The translations under genes and the position numbers were made by a program. Of a stretch of 64,000 nucleotides of DNA, positions 33,774 to 44,282 are shown piece by piece. Below the pieces are notes generated by a model. That model saw nothing but the letters and a program-made list of their open reading frames with translations, had not been told where the DNA came from and did no database searches. The number at the start of each line of letters is the position of its first letter. Positions within the stretch are counted from its first letter, which is position 1. Source of the DNA: Schizochytrium sp. TIO01 (lineage: Eukaryota; Protista; Bigyra: Labyrinthulomycetes). The stretch lies in the NCBI GenBank assembly GCA_004764695.1, contig SMSO01000036.1, positions 2,480,001 through 2,544,000 on the forward strand, read 5' to 3'.

Positions 33774-35246
33774 TTAGACCATAGAAATGAACTGGCTCGT
33801 GTCCTGAGCAACCTTAGGGCAGACAGTAAAATCCGGGCGATCACTGCGCAAGGGGTCCTTGTCAAGTGCAATCGCAACGTTCTCGCAACCACGCGTCCAA
33901 AAGTTAACCATAACAGTAGGTCCCATGTTCTGAATGTGGTGCCACCAGCCAGCGGGCAGGTAAAGCATCTCGCCGGCCTTGAGGTCAATCGTGATGCTCT
34001 GAAGAGAATTCATGATGGAGCTCTGCCTCTCAGTGGGGTTCGGGTCATTCGGATACTTGATAGATGCCCAGCAGAGGCTCTGGTGCTTGCCCGTGCAAAG
34101 AATAGGCGCAAGCTGATGCGCCTCCGTGGGGGGCGCAATGAACCAACGCTTGGTGCCCTGGATCATGCTCACCCAATTGTCACAGCAATCGTGGTGCAGC
34201 TTAGTGTCCGAAGTAGAGGTGCCCATCCACATTGTTGGAACCTGAAAGCGCTTCTTGGGCACAAATGGCGGGTATGAGATGTTCATCATGGCCATGTACT
34301 TAGGGCCAATCATCATATTACGGGGGTAGTTGCGGAGGCCAGAAGCCTTGGCAAGTTTGGTGTCCTTTTCAATGGCGTAAAGTCCAGGTCCAAAGTCAAG
34401 GTTGGCATTTGTGAGTCCAGCTTTGCTGTGGTATTTGACATACGGCTTCTCGTTAGGGGAAGGTTCGTACGGGAACTCTTTGCGGAGCTCCGAAAGGGTC
34501 CATCCCTCCGTGAGGAATCCAAGATGGCGCATGAGGTGGAAAGGGATGATAACTGGGGTGGAGGTCTGCCGGAAAGTCTCGTGAAACTCCTGACGGCTGA
34601 TACGTTGGGCCAGGCGCGGGATGTAGCGTCTGTGAGGGAATTTATTGAAAAAATCATCGTGCATTTCTTGAAGAGACCAAAGCTTGGAGTATTCTGCCTT
34701 GGACTTGCCCTGAGGCGAGTTAATCACAGGCGATGCGAGGTACTCTGCACCATCGCTGAAGAGCAAGTTACCGAGTTCCCTCACACGCACAGCGCCAGAT
34801 CCTTCAGCTGCAATTTCCTCTTCCTGTGCAACTTCCTCATCCATTTCCTGTTCGATAAGCTCGAGGGACTCCTCCTCCATCTTGAGGACCTCCGGGGAAT
34901 CAGCATCTTCATCCTCACTGTGGCCAGGTGCAAGTCCTTCGTCGTCAGACTGCTCGGGATACTCCTCCTTTGAGGGTGCCTCAGGAAGGTCGAGGTCCGC
35001 AGCGTCATTGCGAGCAGCTGGGTGCAACGCAGCGTGTTTCTCCGGAGCTGTCAGGTCGATGTCGAAGGAGCCGACCGCAGCTGCAGCAGCTCGTGAGCGC
35101 TCCATGGCCTCTTGTTGAGATGTCACGGGGGAGTATGCGGAGTATAAAACCACAAACACGACCAGCAGCAGCACGGCGGCTACAAGCTCCACCTTGCGCG
35201 GTTGAGACCCGCCGCGGGCCTTCTTGGCACCATCTTCGGAGCCCAT
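33774..35246 (-). CDS. Type II membrane JmjC (cupin-like 8) 2-oxoglutarate/Fe(II) oxygenase, ~490 aa
   Basis: N-terminal basic stretch plus TM (VELVAAVLLLVVFVVLYSAY), acidic stem, and JmjC core MWMG..TKLHHDCCDN..QGTKRW..LKAGEMLYLPAGWWHHIQN..VMVNFW. Probable start is ATG 35246 (MGSEDG). Confidence 0.9.
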   Translation of the reverse strand: MGSEDGAKKARGGSQPRKVELVAAVLLLVVFVVLYSAYSPVTSQQEAMERSRAAAAAVGSFDIDLTAPEKHAALHPAARNDAADLDLPEAPSKEEYPEQSDDEGLAPGHSEDEDADSPEVLKMEEESLELIEQEMDEEVAQEEEIAAEGSGAVRVRELGNLLFSDGAEYLASPVINSPQGKSKAEYSKLWSLQEMHDDFFNKFPHRRYIPRLAQRISRQEFHETFRQTSTPVIIPFHLMRHLGFLTEGWTLSELRKEFPYEPSPNEKPYVKYHSKAGLTNANLDFGPGLYAIEKDTKLAKASGLRNYPRNMMIGPKYMAMMNISYPPFVPKKRFQVPTMWMGTSTSDTKLHHDCCDNWVSMIQGTKRWFIAPPTEAHQLAPILCTGKHQSLCWASIKYPNDPNPTERQSSIMNSLQSITIDLKAGEMLYLPAGWWHHIQNMGPTVMVNFWTRGCENVAIALDKDPLRSDRPDFTVCPKVAQDTSQFISMV

Positions 35247-36344
35247 AGTGGCCAAGAGTGGACTTTGTTTGGTCTTTGATTGATTGATCTCCAATTGATT
35301 GATCGATTTATCAATTATCATTACTTATTTTCAGAATGTTAAAAACTAGTTAGATAACTAGTAGGACATACTACTGTCTCTATTTAGTGTTATTTTCACT
35401 CAATACTCCATTCAATATATTCCATTCCATTATAAGTTGTTCCAAAGTTTTTAGGATTGTCAACGATTGTATCGCTACCTTCTTCCTAGCTTTACCAATT
35501 AAAAAATAGAAACCAGAACAAATACTAGAACCGTTGTTGCCGCAAAAAAAGGTCAAGCAACCATGCTAGCGAGATCTCAGCCTGATGAAGTGCTAGGGAG
35601 GCTTTGTGTTTAAGGGGTTATTTGAAGGAGGTGAGGGTATTTACTCTTTTTCTTTTTCTTTTTCTTTTTCTGTTGAAAATTAAAACAAAAAACAGACGAG
35701 TAAAACACCGAAACGTGATGAAATCTCTAATACTATCCTATAGGTTTCGCTAATTGCGTGAAAATGCAAAGTAAAATTTCTATGTTATGTTTTTAGCGGG
35801 TGAATTAAGAAAGACCTTTCAAGAGTGCTGCTCAAAGCGATCTTCGTGCCTGCGACAATTATCCCTAAGTTTACAGACATCATTGAGCTCACGGATCTCA
35901 CAGGACCTTCGAGCGAGATATACCTGTGGCATTTAGTGCCACCAGAGCATTCCTTTCTTCTTCTCTCACCAGCCTTACAATTTCTACAGTAGTTGGCTAA
36001 AACAAGGGCAACTTGAAATATGGTGCGCAGAACTTAAAAACTTGTTATTCCCACGAAAATATAGGGCAGCCATTGATTAATTGATTCATTGATTCACTCT
36101 TTCATTCATCCTAAATCATTCTAGGCTTTTTGGAATTGGGCTTGTACCGAAGCAAGTAATAGAGACAGAAGCCCCTGATTCGTGACAAAGAGAGAGCAAT
36201 TGGGTTGATTATAGAAGGTGCGGTAGTATTATTATAGCTACCAACCTAATTCTCCTACTAATAGCAAATCTAGTCCCCAAAGTTTGCCGGAAATCCGGGA
36301 CTTCGACTTCTGTGCCCAGTGTTCCCTAGGCGCGGAGAGCGCGG

Positions 36345-36374
36345 GGTACACACCTTGAGAGGGAGGTGTGTACC
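36345..36374. other. Perfect 11-bp inverted repeat GGTACACACCT-N8-AGGTGTGTACC in a divergent intergenic region
   Basis: Arms 36345-36355 and 36364-36374 are exact reverse complements. Confidence 0.7.
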
Positions 36375-36764
36375 GCCACGGTGGGAGTCCGTGAAAGAAG
36401 CGCTCTTCGAAAAGGAGGGAGTTTAGACGGAGGAATTACAGGAAAGCGAAGAAGTTCGGATTTAAGAAAACCAAGAAGCGCGGTAGAGACTTGCGAATCT
36501 AATTTGGAGAATCAAACGCGAAGATATGGATCGCGAGAGAAGCTAGGGTTCTTCTGGTGTTTGCAACTTTACGAGGCCATTGAAGGCAGAGGTGGAGAAG
36601 CAAATCGGAAGGCGTGAGCTCTCGCCGCGGATAGAGTTTCGTTTATTCAATCTGAGTGCCACGGAAGACACCGAAGACGCCTCGAGTAGTTTAGACAGGA
36701 TTACGAGACTATTGGTATCAATAACTAAAATTTGGTGAGCAAGGCGCGACCAAAGTTGAAGAGT

Positions 36765-39700
36765 ATGCCGGCTGGGCCTAGCCAGGTAGCACATCGCCGG
36801 TTAGGAAGAGGGCGGGGTGGTAGTAGCACAATACCAGGAACAAGAATGCAGCAAATGGCGAAGCACCGCTCTGAGGACGGAATACCACATGGGGGTGCAC
36901 AGCTACGACGGAAGCAGCCAATAAGTGGTTCACCAGAACAGTTCAAACAACCACAAAAACATCAGCAGCAACCGGGAAAGCAAGCAAAGTCTACTGCTCA
37001 TCGATCACAACCCAAAGCGCCGTCCGCTTCAAGCGGGAGTGCCGCAGACGTACCTGAGGAACTAGCTATTTGGCTTCGAGACCTTGGTCTTCTCCCGTCA
37101 GAGGTCTTGCACGGGCCCGTGACAGCAGCAGATGTCAAATTATTACGTTCAGGTGTCGTGGCCGCCCAAGTCATGCAGCAGTGTCTCGCTCGTGAGATGC
37201 CTGATGCTATGGTATTGGGGTCAGCTAGCCCTGCAGACACATGGGCTGAAGTCCTCCGTATTGCTAGTGAGTATACTGTTGCTACAGAGATCACCACACA
37301 AGATGGCGTCGCCAAAGAGCTTGTGCGCGGCAACCTGCGTGTGATTGTTGAACTTCTTGTGAGGCTACAGGATATTTTTCAAATGATACGAGCCAATGAA
37401 GAGCTCCTGCGCAACCCCCCCTATGGTAGCTATTAGTGTCTCAGAGGCAGAGATGAGCCGCCTTCGCGCTGGCGCTGATGCAGACTCACTTGGAATGTTC
37501 CTCATTGGTTCGCTGGCTGGACGGGTCGGGGTGACCCTTGAGCAGGCAGCGGCACTCTTTAATGGCGCAAACACCAATTATTTGAGCCAACTTCTCATGC
37601 ATGGCCCACAGCACAACATCCGTCCCATCTTTGATTGGGTTCATGAGCTGTACGAAAGTAGAGAGCTCCTAGCAGAGCTCGCTAAAACAGTGCCTTCAAT
37701 TGATGACAGTACTGGGCTTTTTCGAATCCTAGGGATGTTTTTGCTTGCCCCTGATGAAAGTGTCTGTGTTAAAGCATGTACATTATTTGCAGAAGTTGCC
37801 AAACAAGTTGCCCAGGAGGTAAGCGAAGCACCTCCCTCGCCTTCAGGTGGTCAAGAAAAGCGACAAGTCTACCCATGGAGCGCCCACGAACTAAGTGATA
37901 CTCTTTGGAATTACATGCGTTCTGGCTTTGGCCTTGCCTCTTTCCTTTCCTGTTGGATGAATATGCCAAAGTGTCGCCCTCTACTCGCAAATATTCTCAG
38001 CGCTTCTGCGGCAGCAGATTCTGGTTCTGATCTGACATCATGGTTTCGAGTAGACGTGCACCAGGCACTACCCAACGCAGTCGTGAACATGAGCTTTGTA
38101 CAAGAGCTATTGCAGGTTATTGATGACAACGCACTGCCGCTCGCCCATGAACTCAGCCAGCGCGACCTTCCTCATAGTCTCACAACCTACGCTCTTCGAT
38201 TTGCAGAGCCATGTCATTGTAAACCTGTTCGTCAAATGGCCATTGGTCTCTTAGCTCAACTTTGGGCAGTCTTCACCACAGACATTGAGCGGGAACCAGG
38301 GCTTCCAAAGAGTCTTCTGATCACAATTAGCAAGGGGTTTCGAGAGACTGGTTCTCAAGAACTGCAATTGTACAGCCTTTCTACCTGCTTCAAACTACTT
38401 CAACGATTTGCAGATACTCACCAGCCCTTTGCCCCCTTCCTTTACAAGACGCTTATTTTTGCGCTTATTGAATTCCATCGAGATGAAACTACGCGTAACT
38501 TTATTGTGCAGCACATGGCGGCAGCTCTGGCACGTATGCCCTTTGCGCCTGTGAGCGTGCTGGTCATGCCTTTGGTTAAGCAAATTACTTTGCAAGGATT
38601 TTCGGAACTTGATCTAGCATTTTTACACGCGTTAGCACAACATCAACGTCTTTCAGATAAAGACGCATTAAAGCTTGCAGAGCTTGCTGCACGTATTGCA
38701 ATCAACGATCAGGAGTACAGTAACCATGCAGCTGACCTATTACTTGCTTTGATTCAGCGTTTTGCGCTGAGTCATGTTATTATGCGCTTCGTCATTCGTC
38801 TATTTGAGGTTTGTGCGAAATTATTGGAAAGTCCTGAATCGTCGCCTGAAGAAACTGCCCGTAAAGGTCTGCGAGTTGGACTCTTGTCAGCGATATTGCG
38901 TCTTGGTATTCCACAACTCAATGATCACCTTCTTTCTGGTGTTATCGAGCGCCATGAGGTGTTACATGGCCTCATGGATCAAGCAAGTAAATATCGGAAA
39001 GCTGTACCTAAAAAACGTCCACGTATGCACGTTGATACAGCTCCAAATGCGATCGACAGTAACGGGGCTGGTCTGGGCTACTACTCACCATCTCCAAAGA
39101 GCGAGCCGAGCCCGCAAATAGCTTCTCCAATGGGCTCCATGGATGCTCAGCAACCATCAAACTCTCCGATGTTATCTCCTGCATCGATTATTGAACCTTC
39201 TTCTCCGTGGTCTTCGAAGTCAACAATGGCCCCAATCCCAGTGCCAAATGTTGAAGAGTGGGAAAACAATGCAAGCAAGACTCCACAGCCAGGGACTACT
39301 TTTCATGAGTACCAGCAAGCCCAGCCAGCGGTAAAGCCTCGGCAAACTGATGTACAAACAAGGGCTGCTCACCGTAAGACACTCTTGATGCTTCCCCAAG
39401 CCTTGCCAGAATTCGATGAAGATCTCTTGAAAGAGCGACTTGAGGAAGACACCATTGGGCTAGGGACTGGAGTACGAGAGCCTCGGTTTGGTACAGGCTT
39501 AGCAAAAGCAAGGCGCGAGAACATGCAAAAGAGCAAAAAAAGTGTCAATACTGCTCGCCAGGTTCTTGAGCGAGCACTCCCCTCGTTTCCTGGCCTCGAG
39601 CAAGCATTTGCTGCTCTCGACGTAGCCGACCTTGGATACGTAGACAAGGTTGTATTTTTACGAGCCATCAATTCTGATGAAGACAGCATTGCAAAACGTG

Positions 39701-42285
39701 CAATTCTTGCATGTTCCTTCTCACAAGCAATGCGAGACCGCAAGGTCCAAGAAAAGGTGAGACGTTTCCAGTCTTTGGAACCAGGTTCTATCCGATTAGT
39801 TGAGCTGCAGTCAGTTCTTGTTGATTACTTTTGGGCAAAAGAAAGAGAGCAAGAACAGGAGCGAGCAGCAGCTTCCCGCAAGGGCAAGGTTTTGGCATCG
39901 AAGACAACTTTGCACCCATTCAACCGAGAGCCTACCTACTCATCTTTTCCGCAAGCTGTGGCAAAGGTTGTTCAGCAGGATATCGAACGTTGTAGACAGA
40001 AACGCCTGGCTGTGCAAGAAGCTAAACAGACCATGATTGAAGTGGAAAGACGTAAGGCACGTGAGAGACGTCAGATTTTACGTCAAAAGTATGACCAGCG
40101 CATCCAAGAACGACGCGCACGTGAGGGAGATCCATTTAGTGCAACTCCTAATAAAATTCATCAGCAATTGGATCTTGCAAAACCCAACGACAGCTTTTCG
40201 AGCAGGAATTCGGGTGAAACTTCTCCAAGGGTCGGTGCACACACACAATATAGTATAGATTGTCGTGGAGAGATCCGTGCACTTGTGAGGTTTGATGATC
40301 TCTTACGAACAATATTTCGCCATGCCGTGGAGCCTGGCACTGGGCTTGGGGTACAACTTGGTAAGTCATTTGACGAGATGCAGTTACAACGCGGTCTACT
40401 TTCTGTTCAACATTGGTTACGACTTTTACGTAGCTATCGCCTTGTACCTCAGGTGATGACACAAAATGAAGCCAAAGCAGCGTTTTACAAAGGAAAATCG
40501 AAGGATTCCGTTGATGCAACCTATGAAGAATTTGTCCATTCTTTGGCGTACTGCGCTGCTACAATTACACCGTTTTCACTTGAGCCTGAGCCCACAAGAC
40601 GGATTGGTGCCTTACTTGCCTATCTGCGTGAAACAGCAATAGAGGATGCGCCTAAACAGGTGCATCAAGAGCATGTTGACCCGGTTCAGAAACGCATCAT
40701 TATGTCTTGGGCAGGAATGGAGGATGTTCCAGAGTATCGACACATGATTCCTGAAGGTTTGGTTGAGTCAGATACCCGACAAGAAGCGTTTGGTGCAGCT
40801 CTGGAGGTTCTTGATGATATCTTAGCCTCGACTTTCAATATACACCTGCTCATTCCATTGCCCACACGTCCAAAGAATAAGCGTAACGAGCTTCTGCAGG
40901 CTGTAGTAGGCCCTACAAAGGAATTTGAGCCCACAGTTCCCATCGATACGCGTCTTTATCCAGCAGCGCGGATTACTGAACACCAGGAGGAGCTCCGGCG
41001 TCAACGTCAAGCAAGAGAAGAACGTGTAGGATTTGGCCGAAACTTTGCTCAAGCTCCTGGTGTGTCCACAACCCACACCAAAGAGTCCGCACATGCAGGG
41101 GATGGTGCGCTACCAAAGTCACCTCCAGTAAAACATACAGCTCCAGAAGTGCCACCATTATCAGCGGTGGAGCAAGCCTTTTTAACGCGAATGGAGGAGA
41201 AAGCAGCGGAATCTAAGTTCTTACAATTCCGCCAACAAGAAAAGGCCGAAGTTCGGCAACAGCGAGAGGCCAAACTGAAAAAGCTTGAGGACAAAAAACG
41301 AAATGAGAGGCTCATAAAGCGTCGTGCAGAACTCGAAGCACTCAAGAGAGAGCAGGCTAAAATCCGCGAAAATGCGGAAACTGAGGCACGCAAATCTCAA
41401 CGCGAGCAAGAAGAGGCTGAACGTGCTATGAAAGAGCGCAAGCAAAAGGAATTTGAAGCTCGGCAAGCACGAAATCATATACTTCTGGAAAAGCACATTG
41501 CTGAGAAACATGCTAGAGAGCAAGAGGAGGCAAAAATGAAGGACGAGGAAGAACGAGCTCAAAGGAAAGCAGTAAAAAATAAATTCAAGGTCATTCAAGG
41601 CCGACAGGCTCAAGAAGCCGCAGATGAGGCTGTAGCTCTCCGCTTGAAACTAAATCGAGAGCTCGAAGCTGCTTTAACAAAACAGAAACGCGAGCTTGAT
41701 ATTGATAAAAGACGAGTGGAAATCAAGGCGAAGAGCAATGCCGCTAGTAAGCGTGCAGAAGAGCAGCGCATGATGAAGGAGTTAAAGCAGAAGAAGCGAC
41801 GAGAACTCCAAGACGAGCGTCGAAAAAATGCTGCAGAAAAGCTTCGAAAAGAGAAAGCTACTGCCAATGCACGAAAGGCAGAAATTGAGTTAGAGGCCCA
41901 ACGCAAGGCTGATGAAGTGGAGGAACGACTGCGCGCAAAGAATGAAGAACAAGAACGACGCCGAAGACAGACTGAAGTGCGTCAGAAAAAAATCAACAAG
42001 CTTGTGAATAATTTCCAAGATGTTGCAAATCAGGAACTCGCTGATATGGCCAATAAGTTGGATGTCGACCTTCGCGAAATCAATACATCTGCTGCTCGCG
42101 CTGTTTCTCCTGCTCCGGATGATTCGATCCAGAGTGATGATATCAAGAGCCTAGAGCCAGCCAGTGCCAAAATACAGGACACCACATCGACTTCATCATT
42201 TGTGGATAGTAATGTGAAAGAACAGAATGATGGTGAGATCGAAGCATCCATTTCTGAAAGCAAAGATGCTAAAGAAGTTGAATAA
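36765..42285 (+). CDS. Large protein with an N-terminal CH-like domain, helical ARM/HEAT-like region, degenerate EF-hand-like motifs and a charged C-terminal coiled coil; +1 frameshift in the C7 run at 37415-37421 (~1839 aa if repaired)
   Basis: ORFs 36732-37436 and 37396-42285 overlap; removing one C gives ELLRNPPMVAISVSE. CH-like pattern ELAIWLRDLGL..LLRSGVVAAQVM..W..ELVRGNLRVIVELLVRL. The family assignment is tentative. Confidence 0.75.
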
Positions 42286-42463
42286 AGGAGAAATCAAAGA
42301 GATACCTTGTACCGATGAATACAATAAAACTATTAATTTTCGACCTATCATAACCTCAGGTTTCTTTGAGACAAGTATTTAATTAAGCGTTCCACTTTAG
42401 ATAAATTGCTTGAGTTTGTTTTCAAGTTGTACACAAGCGAAGAATCGCAATGACACTAATATG

Positions 42464-43402
42464 CTACAGCCAATTCATATGGAAACTAACATGCTCGTTC
42501 TTCTGAGGTCGCATCGTCTGCCGAAAACGTGGGTCGGCGAGAAGCGAAGGACCTGGCTTAACATTGACGTCTTGAAATGCTTGAGCCTCATGATTTTTTG
42601 GTGTCCTCTCAATTAATTTACTGAAAAGGGTACGAAAAACACTTGTACATCGAATATTGGTCTTGGCATCGATCTCATAATAAATCATGTCGTGCAAACG
42701 GGCAATTGATTCTGCCTTTACTTTTGAAACTTCCCGAGATCGATCCATACAGTTGTCTTTATTTCCAATAAGAAACCGAATAGTTGATGGGGCAACGCGA
42801 TTCATAGCATTCAGCCAGTTCACAACCTTTTGAAAGGAAGCTTCAGAATTAAGATCAAAAAGAATAAACATAGCAAAGCTACTTCCACAGAGCTGTGCAG
42901 TTTGTGAGCGTAAACTCTCAACTCCTGGGCAATCCCAGAAGGCCAAGCGGTAAATGCGGTCATCATATTTATAATCTCGGGTCTTTATCCGAATAACAGG
43001 ATTTTGTTTGGTATTATCAAGGTGACGTGGTTCGAAAATGAGTTGAGCAGGGGCTGATTTCTGTCGCACAACAGATTGCCATACACCTTCAATCGGCCCA
43101 GGTCTTCCATCAAAAGAGTTTTCTGCATCAACGAAGGTCGTCTTCCCAACGCCGGGTTCACCTAAGATAACGATTTTAGCTGCGTAATCATATGCAAATT
43201 TCTTTTGTCGAAGAAGCTTCTCCTCAAGCTCTAAATTGAAGTCCTTATTTGAACCATTTCCTTGGCGACTGTGCGTGCTCCAGTGCCCACTCCCGCCTGA
43301 TAAACTCGCAAATTGCCCACTGCCTGGTGATGATGGCAAAGATGCCTTTCCAGAGATTGGGGAAACAGGACTGCTCAGAAGACGAAGATCCTTTGTTGAC
43401 AT
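42464..43402 (-). CDS. Atypical Rab-like (RabL) small GTPase, 312 aa
   Basis: KIVILGEPGVGKT (G1), RLAFWDCPG (G3), LIGNKDN (G4 variant), YYEIDAK (G5 variant) and FDLNSEASFQKVVNW. No C-terminal prenylation cysteines. Confidence 0.85.
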   Translation of the reverse strand: MSTKDLRLLSSPVSPISGKASLPSSPGSGQFASLSGGSGHWSTHSRQGNGSNKDFNLELEEKLLRQKKFAYDYAAKIVILGEPGVGKTTFVDAENSFDGRPGPIEGVWQSVVRQKSAPAQLIFEPRHLDNTKQNPVIRIKTRDYKYDDRIYRLAFWDCPGVESLRSQTAQLCGSSFAMFILFDLNSEASFQKVVNWLNAMNRVAPSTIRFLIGNKDNCMDRSREVSKVKAESIARLHDMIYYEIDAKTNIRCTSVFRTLFSKLIERTPKNHEAQAFQDVNVKPGPSLLADPRFRQTMRPQKNEHVSFHMNWL

Positions 43403-43727
43403 TGTTCAGGATTGTTTCTTGATCTATTTACTAATATCTTAAAGCGTATTTCCTTGAGACAGATCTCCTTACTCAACCCCAGACGAGAACTCTGTTTTGC
43501 CTTCACAGCAGCAAGCAAATTTATTTTGCTTAAGTGCGTTGCTTAAGCGCGTCGCCAGGGTTCCTACGTTTCCCGTCGATTAAGTTGCCCTCTCCACATG
43601 CACCTGCACTAGCTACATCACCAATACGTCTTCGTCTACGATACTTTTTCTTCATTTCCCACCTACAACTTTTCCCCAAGGTTGCAAAAGATGGAGGAAG
43701 ACAGAAAGAAAGCCTTGGTTTAAGTTG

Positions 43728-43785
43728 AGTATTTTAAAAGGTGTGTACTTAGAGTTCAAGTCAAGTATTTCAAAAGGTGCGTACT
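43728..43785. repeat. 22-bp direct repeat AGTATTTYAAAAGGTGYGTACT (two copies, 36-bp period) in the divergent promoter
   Basis: Copies at 43728-43749 and 43764-43785, with 2 mismatches. Confidence 0.75.
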
Positions 43786-44282
43786 CAACGTTACTAGGAT
43801 AAGTCAATCATAACCGCGAGGTGTGTATTGTGAACTTTCGCCGAGTATCATTTAAGAAAATTAGAGCTCGTCCATTTTATTCTTGCTGCTGTCAGGGCAA
43901 CTAATATGCCAGAAAATCTACTGAATCACTTTGTTGAAGTGGGTGCGTTGAGTTGATTTCGATTGACTAAATTTCCCCTGAAGTGATCGAAATATAAGCC
44001 CTCTGCAGTGTTGAACCTCTACTAAATAAAACATGATGTTCTCAGTTTGTCGGCGAACTTTGATTGTGCACAGTGTGCATCAGTAGTAATATCAGGTGGT
44101 GCATGGCGGGAATCGAGAACTGTGACTGTGTGTTGAAGAGGACGTTGCTCCTATGTAGTGCAAAGGAATTCTACTTCTAGACTTATTGTATGCTTGTTTG
44201 TTTGCTTGCTTGAATGATTAATTGATTTGTTTTTCTATATTCTTCTCAGGTCGCCAAACCCTCGAAAACCTCTTCCTGAAGG

